Assembly (NCBI GenBank): GCA_032718475.1
Contig: JAUCBJ010002011.1
Span: forward strand, 1 to 36,153
Direction: 5' to 3'
Length of the DNA: 36,153 nt
Origin: Nemertoderma westbladi
Lineage: Eukaryota; Animalia; Xenacoelomorpha
A program made the translations under genes and the position numbers. This document shows positions 10,232 through 23,000 of this stretch, one piece after another. The notes below the pieces were generated by a model. It had not been told where the DNA came from. It was given only the letters and a program-made list of their open reading frames with translations, and did no database searches. Every line of letters starts with the position of its first letter. Within the stretch, counting starts at the first letter, position 1.

Positions 10232-13200
10232 ATGTCTGACACAAAGCAAAACCTGTCAGACAGTCTCTTAGATACAACCATCTGTGACCCAGATAGGAGT
10301 GTGGAACGTGTGAGACCGAAGTTCAACTCACCTCCTACTGTAAGAAAAATCATCCCTCCAGTAGTAGTATCAGACACTAGGCTAGTCCAACACCGTAGGT
10401 CTATCATAGGCACTCGAGCTCAAGTCAAGCGAGACCAAGAAGCAGCGGAACAGCAGCAACACTCGAGCCGAGAACTTATTTCTCAGCGGCCCGACAGCTC
10501 CAGTAGTGCGGATACTATAGAGCTGACACCCGAGCGCGGAGTTAAGATGGCAGATGCGGTTTATTCGGATCCCCTTCTCATCCTTCCTGCAGCCGTACTC
10601 ACTAGAGTATTGATTGCTGTGGAGGAACACCAGATTGATTGGGCGAGAAGTAAGCGATCGACCAAGGATAGTTATGCGGGATACACAAGGGAAGAACTGA
10701 AGTCTATTGTCGAGTCGCAATGGAACTTCCCCGGACCCAGACTCCCGTTTGACTTATCGGAAGCTGCCTGGGAAGACATACACAGGATGGGAGTGACAAA
10801 GGAAACCAGCGATCCAGCTGTATGGAAGAGGTCAGCAGCCGGATACGTACAGGGATTCTTCAGCTCTATGGAGCGATTAGAGGAACAATTGTTTCGACAA
10901 CCACAAGGACCTCAAGAGCAGGGAGAGCTGCTTTATCAAGTTAGAGAAAGAATTCTAAGATTCAGACTAATCTTATCTGCCTTTGAGGAGGCTTCGAAAA
11001 GAAGACAAGACACGTCGTTGCAAGTTGCCGTAAAGACTTGGTTACAGCGGGTGAGTCTCCAAGTTCAAAGAACTGCCCCGTGGAAATCTCAGTTGGATGA
11101 GTGCTCAACCCACGGAGAATCAACAGACGCTACCTTTTCCCAAGTGGAAAGCGAAGCGACAGCAGAGAAACCGCATAAGAGGGATGCTATTGACATCTAT
11201 CTGTCAGACTATCAACGATTTGTAGGTGACGAAGAGTTGAGGAGACGGCTGGATGGACTTAGCCCCAATAGTGAAGGAGCCAAGCTTGTGTTGGACGCAA
11301 TCGATGTGGATATGTTAGCTGCGAACCAAGCTAAATTCAATGAAAGCATCCGCATTACTAAGGTTCAAGAGGAACAAGTAAGGAAAAAACGTATAGAAGA
11401 CAGAAAGACAGCAGCAGCGGCAGCGGCAGAAGCAGAAGCGGAAAGAAAGGCAGCAGAAGTGGAAAAGAAAGCGGCAATGGCAGCAGCAGAAGCGGAAAGA
11501 AAGGCAGCAGAAGTGGAAAAGAAAGCGGCAATGGCAGCGGCAGAAGCGGAAAGAAAAGCGGCCGAAGCGGAAAGAAAGGCGGCCGAAGTGGAAAGAAAGG
11601 CGGCAATGGCATCGGCAGAAGCAGAAAGAAAAGCGGCAGTGGCAGAAGCAGAACGGAGGGCATCTGAAGAGACAACCCAGCTAGAGTTGGAAAATCTTCA
11701 AGAGAGGCAGGACAACTTCAATAAACAGTTAACAGCTAGTCAAATGCAGATGATGAGTCGATCTACTCCCAAACGACAGGGATTTACATCATCTGATGAA
11801 GGCGATGCCACAGATCTTGAAGGCGGAGGAAATAGATCTCGTCTAAGTAGGCGTAGAAGAATGTCCCACCGTCAGAAATTGCCTGATTTGCCCCCAGCTG
11901 TTAGAAAGCAACTAACTAACCCAGACTTAGGTAGTACAGAACCCACAGACCAAATAATTAAAATAGAAAGACTCCCTACTATAGTAGATGAGCCTGAAAT
12001 AATTAGGCCTGTTCTCGATGCCACCCCTTCGGTGATAGAGACACCTGTACTCCCAGAACTTACCTCTAAATTCCCTCTGCACAGCACTAAGCTACCTGTG
12101 CCCCACAGAACCATCCCTGAAAATGTTCATGTCCTGGACTCCGAGCGAAATATTAATGATTTGTCGCCCGTTGTCCCTCGTCCGCCCGCTACAACGTTGG
12201 CGGCTCCCGCTTCGGCGGTCGAGTGGGTGGATGAGAGACGACGGGGGATGGATCTCCTGCTCGGGCAGATGCAGGAGACTGTTCAGCAATTCAAGGGCAC
12301 AGTAAGGGAAAGTAGGTTAGAGTTGCAAGAAGTGCAGCAAAGTATCGCGTTAGAACGCGATAAATTAGTAAATACCCAAAGAGGTATACCACCACCCCCG
12401 GTAACAATGTGTCAACCTGTTAGGTCTGAAGTATCTCATGCGCAAGGTGTAGAGCCTACACGCATCTATACTGCTAGTGAAGTGGAAACTCCTATAGTAA
12501 ACCCTATTAAGGGTAATTATAAACCTGTTGACAATGATATTCCCTATAGACCTGATCATAATCCGAGAAATTTATATACCGATAACTCGATATTAAATAA
12601 CACGATGGCCCAAGAAAGTTTTACGCGTCAAATGGCTAGAACCGAAGCCCGTCAAGCGGTAAAGGTGGGAGAGATAGTCAAGTTCAATGGAGATGAGATG
12701 AAATGGTTACCTTTTAATGAATATTACAAAGATAACATACAGAACTCTGTGCTATCTAACGGAGAGAAACTTAGATTCCTCATCGAGTGCTTGGAAGGAT
12801 CTCCCAAGTTAATGGCGTTAAAGTTTATTGGACATCCAGATGGATTAAGACAAGTTTGGGATACCCTAAACATCAGGTATGGTAATAGGAATAACATAGC
12901 TAAGTATTTGTATGCAAAATTGGTAGCACCCCGAAAATTCATTAGCAGCAGGATTATAGAGTTTTCCGATGAGATTCAGGAGATCTGTAGACAATTAGAT
13001 TGGCTAGGTAAGTCTCATGAATATCAGAGTTCTATGGTTATTGGAGCCGTGGCCTCTACTTTACCAAGGGTGGAGTAGGTACACGCTGGGATAAGAAAGT
13101 GTTATATATGATGGAACAACAACGACGAGACCCTACCATGGCTGATCTCATGTCATTCTTGGATGGAGAAGTGAAATTACAACTCCTAAAGCAGTCGAGA

Positions 13201-16200
13201 GAGAAGACACCGGAAAACAAGGTAAGTGAGAAACCCGTTTCTAGGAGAAAGGAAACACCAGTGTGTTATACCGACGACGGCGAAAGCCAGGCTTCTCAAG
13301 GAGAGGACAGCAGGAAAGACACTGAAAGATCTTATTATGTCAACAAAACGCCTAAAGATGTAAGTAAATTCAAGTCTCGAACCAATGACAGGAGAGAACA
13401 GGTAAGAAAAACTCCTCCTACGTCTCCTAAGATAATTCAGTTAAGAAAGCCCGAAGAAGTGTGCACAACGTTACTCAAAATAAGGTAAGTAACATCAAAC
13501 CGAAATGCGCACTGTGTGACGGGCCCCACCGTTTGAATGTGTGCGATGAATTCCTAAAGAAATCATTAAAGGATAGACGGGAAGTCATGTGGGATAAGCG
13601 GTTGTGTTATAATTGCCTCAGACAAGGACACCAATGGCGAACCTGTTACTCCGACGCAAGGTGTGCAAAGTGCGGTGCGAAACATCATATCTTGTTGCAC
13701 ACTGAATTCGAGCGAAACAGCCCGAGTCAGGTAAGTGAGTCCGAACTACATGTCCAATTCAGTGATGTGAACGACACTGACCAAAGTTCTGAGATGGAAG
13801 GATTCTATACGGACGAATTCTCCGACGAAGACGAATCCTGTTACATGATAAATACCTCAGTGTATCGAGCACTTACGTATGAAAAGGACACCGACAGCGA
13901 GCTCACCCTAACTACTTCTGACCGACAACCATCTTGGAAAGCACCAACTTCCAATGTAGGAATCCGAGAATTTCCTGTAGTACAGTTAAGGGTCCACGGA
14001 CCTACAAGGAGTTATATAGTGAACGCCCTCCTTGACTCCGGTAGCACAGGAACATTCATCGACAAAGAACTAGCCGAAGACATCTTTGCTGGACAACCCA
14101 AGTTCCGAACTAAGCTAAACATGTCAGGAATTATGCAGGTTTGGAAATCTACAGTAATAGCGGATTATTATGTAGGTGCGTTGTCCACCCCCCAGGATGA
14201 ACTAGGAGAACACAGCATAAGGTCAGTAAAAATGGTAGCGATAAAGAACTTCGCTACCAGCCAAGTAGAACCTTATAACTGGGATGAGGACAATTTCACC
14301 CAGCAGCTTGATATACCTAGATTCAACACCGATTACCCTGGAGTGCAAATACTCATCGGTCAAAATGAGCATGAGGCGCTCGAGACATTGGAGAAACGGC
14401 CTGCTCAACCGCAACCACTACAAGCCTATGCGGGAAGAACTAGAGTGGGTTGGTACTTTACTGGCCCTTCCCGTAGAACTCTCATGGAAAGATTACCAAA
14501 AGATCAGGTATATCAAGTAAGAGAATGGGAAGTTGAGAGCAGTGAGTTAGACGATCCAACTGAGGGAACACCATACTCCTCAGATAACGACGATATCCAC
14601 CAACTCTTCGACGAGGAGAATACCATTGATCACCTTACGGAAAACGAGACTTGGCAAAACCAAGTGAACCTATGTCAGCTCATTCGTCCATCAGAACGAG
14701 TCGACTATAACGACGAACTGAATGACGTCATTGAACGTTATAATGCAAAAACTCGGGATGAACATGCCGTACGATTCTTTACTCAAGTGGCTGTAGAGCC
14801 CAATTCCTACAATAAGGCCCTATCGGTAGAAGAAGAAAGAGCCAAGCAGATCCAAGAGACAACTACACGTTTTCTTAAAGATCAAGGTAGATATGAAATC
14901 GGTCTACCTTTCCGAAAGCGAGAACCAAAGTTCATAAACAACAGACCCTTGGCCGAGAAAAGAATTGCTCAACTACATGGACGTCTTACGGCAAATTCTT
15001 CAGCTAAAGAAATGTATCAGACGCAGTTGAAGAAATTTATTAACAAAGGATATGCGGAGCGAGTACCGGAAGGAACACCTATAACTGAGAGAACGTATTA
15101 TTTAACACATCATTACGTTCCCAAACCCGGTAAACCTCATGAGGTACGAGTAGTGTTTGACGGCTCCGCCCTTTACATGGGCCAATCCCTTAATTCCGAG
15201 TTGTTACCAGGACCCAACTTACTCCAATCCTTGTTGGGAATACTCTTAAGATTACGACAATATTAAATCGCTTTCGCCTCCGATATAGAAGGCATGTTCT
15301 TACAAGTCAAGGCGCTGGATAGGGATCGAGATAGCCTATGATTTCTGTGGTGGCCTGAAGGAGACCTCAACCAGAAACCGGTGGAATATTGGATGACCAT
15401 CCAGGCTTTTGGGATAATCTCGAACCCTTCAAACGCCTGTTCAGTGGTGCGCACCACTGCTGATGACAACCGGGAAGCCTTCTCTAAAGAGGTGATCGAC
15501 AACATCAAACGGGATATATACATGGACGACAATTTAAAGTCCCTTCCATCAGTCGAAGAAGCCATTAATGTCGCCAAAGGAATGGTAGAGTGCTTAAAAA
15601 GAGGTGGATTTCGCCGTGAGTTTCTGGAATCGATCCCGGTAGAAGATCGAGGAGCGAAAGACCTAGACCTAATCAAAGATGATCTTCCAGAAACCAAGAC
15701 ACTTGGTTTGAAATGGGACACAGAGAGAGATATCCTGTTTTTCCAGCTAAAACAGCGAGATAATCCAGTTCGAACTAAACGGATTTGTTTAAGTATCCTG
15801 AGCACTTATTTCGATCCATTGGGATTTATTAGCCCAGTTATATTGATTGCTCGGAGTTTAGTACAACAAATGTGGCTTGAAAACCACTCATGGGACGATC
15901 CACTCAAGGGAGAATTATTAAAGAAGTGGATGAAATGGGAAGATTCTCTACCAGCCATCGAGAACTTTATAATTTCCCGTTCATATTTTGGTCATGTTCT
16001 CCCTACGTATTCCTATCAACTCCATGTGTTTGGAGACGCCAGCGATATGGGAATAGGTATAGTAGCCTACCTGAGAGTTGAAACTCCGGATGGAATCAAG
16101 GTCGCCTTGGTTACCTCTAAGGCGTTGATAAACAACAAGTTGAAGGTTCCTCGAGCGGAGTTAAAGGCGGCTCCATACGCTACAGCCATCGGCCGGAATG

Positions 16201-18380
16201 TAACAGAACAGATCGACTATCCATTGGAGAAAACTGTATATTGGACCGATGCCTTACTCGTGTTGGAGTATATAACCAATGAAGTCTGTCAGTTCAGCAT
16301 CTTCGTTACCAACAGAGTAGCCATTATACTTAGTCGCACGAAGATGGATCAATGGAGACATTGCCCCGGAACGATTAATCCAGCAAACATCGCCTCCAGG
16401 GGAGCAACTCCACAAGAACTGATAGATACTCCAGACTGGTTAGGTGGACCCGACTTCCTCTACAAAGGAGAAGAAGAATGGCCTCCTCATCTTACTACGG
16501 CAGAGATTAGACAGGCCAAAGGAGCGGAGAAAGTCAAACCTAAAACTCAGGCGAGTAAATCGAATTTATTTAAACCCGCGGTAGATCTGTCTGTACTACA
16601 CACTTCCGGAGACGACGCTTTGGTTCCGAAACCCACAGCCACAAACAAGTCTGTTGTGGAAATCAGAGAGAAGGATTGGAAATCTGGAATACCAGACGTC
16701 TCGCAAGGACTCTCACCTCTCCTGCAGAGAGCGATATATCATTACAGTTCCTTGAATCGGCTCTGTAAAGCCGTTACATATTTAAGGCGATGTTTTCATC
16801 ATCACTACTCCAGGGCGAAGACCAATAGTGATACTGCTCCACTGACATCTGTGCAGGTCCATGTTGTTAAAGATCTTCCCAAATATAAGATATCCGACAG
16901 GTTTCTGAAGGAGAAGATCAGTTATCAGGAGCATGAAGAAACCAACAAGCAGATGCTGAGACTCCTGCAATGCTATGAGGATTCCGATAACTATTTCCTG
17001 TTGTTGAGAAATCCACAGATGCGCTTAAGGGATCGTTTCTCTAGCACAATGATAGATGGGTTGATATGTGTTGGAGGAAGATTAATGAATGCTCCATTAT
17101 CCTTTGACACTAAGTTTCCCATACTCATTAGAAATCTTGAGATACAAGTCAAGATGATTGTGGATGTTCACAGCAAACTTTATCATGCTGGTAGAGAACG
17201 AGTTCTTAGCGAAATTCGAACTCGCTATTATTTTTATAAACCCCGTAGAGCTCTGAACCAAGTTCTTAGGAACTCCATACCCTGTAGGAAAGTATTCAGT
17301 AGGCCTTTAACACAGCGAGAGGCAGAATTACCTAGGGAACGAGTAAGCTTCTATGAACTACCCTTTACTAATACCGGTGTAGATTTATTTGGCCCTATTG
17401 AAGTGTATCGTGCTAGGACTATAGTCAAGAGATGGTGTATCATCTTTGTTTGTATGACTTGTAGAGCTATCCATCTCGATATGGTGAACGATTTATCTAC
17501 CAACAGCTTCCTATTAAGCTTACGACGACAGATCGCTCGCTTTGGAACTAGTAACACGATGAGGTCTGATAAGGGAACGAACTTCATTGGTGCCAACAAT
17601 GAAATCAAAGCTTATGTCAAAGATTGGAACCAAAGACAGGTGGACGATCAGCTAAGGGTAACAGCGTCTAGCTGGACCTTCAACGCCGCCGACGCCCCTT
17701 GGTGGGGAGGAAGTTGGGAGAGATTAATCAGGAGCGTGAAGACCGCATTTCACTTTATAGTGCCGTGCCGCGCGTATCTCACTGACAAACTTTTGCGGAT
17801 GTTAATGGAGGAAATCACCGCCTATCTCAACGAGAGACCGCTTATGCCAGTCTCATCGAGTCCCGATTCCCTGGAAGCGCTAACACCCGCGCACTTCCTA
17901 CTGAAGAAACCTGTAGCCATGCTCCCACAATCGGAAATCACAGACGGAGACGAATACTGCCGGCAAACTTGGCAACTTATGCAGTTGTTATCCCGTCGTT
18001 TTGCTGACCATTTCGAAAAACATTATCTGCCCATGCTACAACTTCAAACTAAGTGGTTTGCGCAGCAAGAAAACGTCGGCGCTGGAGACATGGTCCTTAT
18101 TGTGGATTCAGATCTTCCACGTAAGCGGTGGCAGACAGGTCGTATCATCGAGACTCACATCTCGGATGACGGTTTGGTGCGATCGGTAGAACTCGTCGTC
18201 ATGCGACGTAACTTCAAGAAACCGGGAATTGTCTTCGAGACACAGCAGCTCAATCGCCCAGTTGGTCGTTTATGTTTACTGGAAAGAGACAGAGAACTCT
18301 CCGGAAACTATGGAAGACAAGATACTCTTCCCACGACCACCTCCCTAATCCAACAAACATCTAGGGACTCCCCAGCTTAG
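10232..18380 (+). pseudogene. gag-pol: BEL/Pao gag-pol polyprotein (about 2,700 codons) disrupted by two frameshifts and two nonsense codons
   Basis: DUF1759-like gag core KFNGD..KW..F..EKLRFL..RYG (about 12675-12885). Knuckles CALC..H..C, CYNC..GH..C, CAKC..HH.LLH (about 13506-13700). Protease LLDSGS (DSG 14034-14042). RT YMDD 15519-15530. RNase H LHVFGDAS, PRAEL, YWTDA, NPANIASRG. Integrase GVDLFGP, SDKGTNF, GGSWERLI. Frameshifts near 13065 and 13431-13488; stops at 15264 and 15339. Confidence 0.96.
11410..11660 (+). repeat. Coding tandem repeat in gag (18-aa/54-bp units built from AAEAERK-like heptads); predicted long helix or coiled coil
   Basis: AEAERKAAEVEKKAAMAA repeated; 54-nt period (11461 vs 11515). 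Confidence 0.9.
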
Positions 18381-18385
18381 CAGCG

Positions 18386-18399
18386 TCTGGAGTGGGTGT
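18386..18399 (+). promoter_or_regulatory. Second PPT-like motif directly after the pol stop
   Basis: TCTGGAGTGGG-TGT resembles the true PPT/LTR junctions TCTGGGAGCGG-TGT (1930) and TCTGAGAGCGG-TGT (24399). Confidence 0.45.
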
Positions 18400-18926
18400 G
18401 TGACCATATTATTTTATATTCTTATCATTTTATATTTATGTATATATTATTATGTAATTTTATTATAATCGTTTTCTTTCATTTTATTTAGTAGAATGTT
18501 ATTTTAGCGATTATTTAGTAGATTAGTGCAATATATATTCGCGTTTATTACTTAATTACTTATATATTATATATTTAGTGCGACGGCGAGAAATAATTCT
18601 TTTTCTCTTTCCTTACTGTCCGTATTACATTATAAATACGTAACTACAGTAAGATGAAATATCCGTACTTATTAAAGTATTCACTCCTACTATATTCAAG
18701 TATTATTGGTAAAGTAGAGTATTAGGAATGCAAAATTCAGATCCTCGTGTCTCGGCTAAACCAAGCTCTGGGTAGACCTTGGAAACGACTTGCCTCTTCT
18801 CACTGACATTGCTTCGTGCGATATTGCTCTCATACCGTATATTAAATAATACATATAGTAGCGTGATGTCCCTTTAACAGTAGCATAAAACGCAAAAATA
18901 AATCTGTTGAACCCTTTGACCATCTG

Positions 18927-19277
18927 TAATTCTAGTCGATTAAGATATCGCGGCACCCACCGATATACTTGAAAGACAAAATTCTAGAATCAATGGTTAA
19001 CGTCCCCAGACATGTTCTGGAATAAACCGGTGCCCATCTTAAATATTAATTATTAATATTTATAAAATCTGTCAAATAGATACAATAGAGTAACTACTTA
19101 CAAGTTAACTCTAGAAAATCTATAAATTAAAGTCTGTCAAATTCAGATCCTTTAAAATTCTAGTCTATTAAGATATCGTAGCACTTACCGATATTCTTAA
19201 AAAGATCAATTTCCTAGAATCAAGGATCCCAGTCCCCAGATATGTTCTGGAATAAAATTGTGTCTATTTAATATTAA
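18927..19277 (+). repeat. Diverged direct repeat (about 122 bp, about 228 bp apart) in the spacer between pol and the accessory ORF
   Basis: AATTCTAGTC.ATTAAGATATCG...GTCCCCAGA.ATGTTCTGGAATAAA at about 18928 and 19156. Confidence 0.85.
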
Positions 19278-19887
19278 ATAATAAAATTTACGGGAATAAA
19301 TTTAAATTCATATTTTAATGAATTTAATAAATTGTCATTTTTATACAATTTATAACATTCCCAAAATTCCTTTAATTAATAGATCATGGGAGCGGAGATT
19401 CACCCTATTAAGTGTATTAGTGTGCGAGAATCTCCAATATATAGTCAATAGCCGATAAAATTCATAAAATCATGTATAAAGAGGATATTGACAATTAAAG
19501 AATTACTATTAAATAGCATCCCAGATCTGTATGCATGAGAATTACCCTAATTCTACCGCTAGCTTTCCATAATGTCACCATGGCAACAACCACGCTAGAA
19601 TTAGAAGTGAGTTAAAAAAACAATAGAAAGCTTGCCCCATTGAATAGCATAGGGAATAAATAGCACACTGCTAGTATCCAAGGATACATAATAATAACGT
19701 GACATTCTGGAAGGCACTTGACTAACGGACAAATGGCCCGAATGTGTATAATTTGTGACAGTTGTGTGGAATTTGTGCGTTTATAGGTGAATGTTACTAC
19801 TAAGGTGTGTTTACAGTAGCGAGTCGCAATTGTGAAAGTAGCCCTAACACTGCAGCAAGAACCTGAAGTAAATCTAAGCCTTTGGGA

Positions 19888-20033
19888 CGGACAGTGGTGT
19901 GACTTGTGCCGGTTATCGTTGTCGTTGTGTAGCTACATCGTTGGCGAAAGCAGAGCGACGATGGTACATCGGCGCTGAGGATCTTACACTGTCCGGGGGC
20001 AGAGAGGGGTAGGCAGCGACGCCCGCTAGCCTA
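19888..20033 (+). ncRNA. Conserved cis RNA structure upstream of the accessory ORF, copy 2
   Basis: 19906-19930 pairs with 19950-19975 (24 of 25 pairs). CGGACAGTG 19888-19896 pairs with CACTGTCCG 19987-19995. Hairpin at 20010-20033. Substitutions relative to copy 1 mostly preserve pairing. Confidence 0.72.
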
Positions 20034-20076
20034 AAATATAAACTCATTATAATATTGATAAACTCATATAGCAGAT

Positions 20077-23000
20077 ATGACTGAGTTGATAGAAGATGAT
20101 CTTGGTATCAGGGAGCGATATACTCTACCTTTACAAGCGTTTGTCGATAGCTTGATACGCGGCGACGCTGGTCCAACTACTACGGAGGACGATGGTCGTT
20201 ATATCGAACCGCCAATGTCCCAGGAGCAACTTACGCGTGAATTGGATTATAGAAAGTTCACCGCTCGCTACACGCATCGTAATGGTACGTATATGGACTT
20301 CTTAACTACTGGCCATCCTATCGATTTACATGACACGGACGATGTAGACACCGAAAGGGAAATGGTTTTATTTAAATATCATACCCAGCGGAGTCGGCAC
20401 GATCAACCGAGAATAGAACATGAGAATTCTATTCGAAACAGACTCGAAAGGGAAGACGTTGAAGAGCTGGATAAACGCAGCGACTTCAACGATTATCTGG
20501 AATTCCTGAGAGAGACATATCTCAATATTGCCAGCCAACAAAATCTAGAAACTCGATATCCTCAAGGTATACATCATGACCCTATGATAGAACTCAAACG
20601 ACTCTATTTCACTATGATGTATCTTACCGCCGATCGACCCCTACTTGTCGTCCCAGATAGCTTCGAACAGATGGAGGAATATTGTAAAAGTGGAGAACGA
20701 TCACCCACGTTTCCCCTGCAGGACGTGCGTCTTTGGTATTACTGCGACGAATGCCCTAGACCCAATCAGCAAACGGAAAGACATAAACATCTGTGGAGAC
20801 TTTGCGCTAAACACAGTTTTACACGATATACTTATGGGAGTTTCGAGCGAAACCTGTTCGACGTATCACCTACGATCGCTCGACTCAAACGATCCTTGAA
20901 TAAACCAATGATCAGAGTTCCGGAATACTCGGTCAGACCTCCTCATTCCTCTGTTAGACCTCAGACTCTAGATCCTAACAGTATCACGGATCCTCCCGAA
21001 CTGTACTCACTGTTCAAAGATCTAGTGTTACCCGAACAGTTGATCGGTGGCACTCCGGTAGTGGGCTCACTAGATATTCGCCAACCCTACCTAGCCGGAT
21101 TAGGATGCGGTCATCTAATATCGCCGTTTAACCCATACAACCGTCCCGGCTTAACCCCGATACAACCCATTACTGAAGTCGAAGAGAGCGTTGTACGAAA
21201 CGCGTTAGACGCTATTCGGCAGAAAATCAGAAAAGGAACTTACGATTGTTTAGAGAAACATAAATTGCAGCAACAAGTCCAAGCGGTAAAAGAATTAGCT
21301 TTACCTCAGTTCAATAGAGAAATCCAGGATCTCGAGGAAGACATCGAACGTGGACGCACCTACTCTTTACAAGAGTTCCTAGACGAGCGTTTACAACAGC
21401 AAGCGGAGGAAAATCAGCACGAGGAGAGACATATAGAAATGGATGAGAGAGAAGAAGCAGCTTTAGCCCAGCCAGAAGCTCAAATTCTTCTAACGGATCT
21501 CTATTCTAAAACCATCATCCATCCTTCGATGGTTCCCCATTTTGGAGACAAACTCTTCGCCACGGCACAGCCTCAACCGGTTGATATCAACCTAAGATCT
21601 CGAGATCTTATCGCTGACACTCCCATGTTGCAACGTCCGCCAATCGAGGCCGCTTGTGTCGATGGTATACTCGTTGAACCTCCGGACAATAGAGCGGATC
21701 TTGTCCGTCGTATGGTACACGATGTTAACATACGCACTAGACCTTTACCGAACTCGTTTTATGGGATCAAAGATCACCCTTATTACGTCAATCTAACGCA
21801 ATATTACATGGTAAAACCGGAAGATCCTACACATAGTCTGAGGTTTCTACCACTAATAAATCCTCTCGATCTTGTCGAACTCGAACAACTGCAGAAACAT
21901 CTGGATCAGTTAGTTAAAGTAAACTCATTTCGAAAACCCTATAATGTTTCCAGAATAGAGAAAGAGACAATACCTCCGTATAATCTTGATGGATTCATCA
22001 AAACTCGATTAGTACACTGGAATCTTGACGTGTTATTCGAGGAGGAAAGAATACAACGATATGGAGATGTAGAAACATATACTACACAATATTTAAAGTA
22101 TAGAGATTTACCTAATGCTAGCGAATGCGCTACCTTGTGGCATCCAGTGGGAATGACTCTAGAAAACGCCACTAAAGAGTGGAATGAGACTCTTAACGTT
22201 ATCGAGATGTATGGAGTTGTCACTTACGATAACGAAGGTAGCGTTCCGGTTGGAGAACTGGGAACTACGCGAATGATACATATATGAGGACTAGCTGGTT
22301 CTAGCCACGTATTTACTCGAGCGTGTTCCGATGTGATTGATTATTCTTTTGAGACCCTTACCGAGATACAAAAGAAACTCCGACATGGACAATTCGAACT
22401 CGTGCAGCGTTACGTCACCGACACCGAGCGCAAACCGGCCATGGGTATCGATGGATCGATGTTACCCCAGCCCGTGCTCGAGATGTTGTTTAATTAAAGA
22501 ATCCTTAAAATCGGCTCAGCTGTTTATGGAGATCTACAAAACGACTTTCGGAACATGGAGAACATTCCATACCCTTTCGTCGATACTCAGCTGATTGCTC
22601 CCTGGGCAGAAGGCCGAGGTTTCTTCCGCACTATGTATGCCAATACACCCAGCGGCATTACTAAAGTACAACGAACCTCCATCGGACATCTTGCCTTTCA
22701 AGAATACGGATGGAATTTCAAGGTTGGAAATCCTATCAATTACCAACAAGTATATGGAGATCATTATTCTCGTTTATACTTTGACGGACCATTGACCGCA
22801 CCTGGCGCCGTGTATAGCTTTATGAGTGTTCCACTTCGTCCCTCCTTAGCTATATACATGATCTTTGAAAAAGCCGCACTTGCCGGTTGGCTAGCGGATG
22901 TGTGCAGTCGTACCATACGCGCCCATCCCTTAATACTTGTAACCAAACTCGCCAAGCTAGATGAACACAATAAATTCATCCGCTTCGAATGTTTCAGGCG

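Noticed and set aside
13061-13488. Programmed ribosomal frameshifts in gag
   Set aside because: No slippery heptamer seen; BEL gag-pol is usually one ORF and both shifts are explained by single-base losses.
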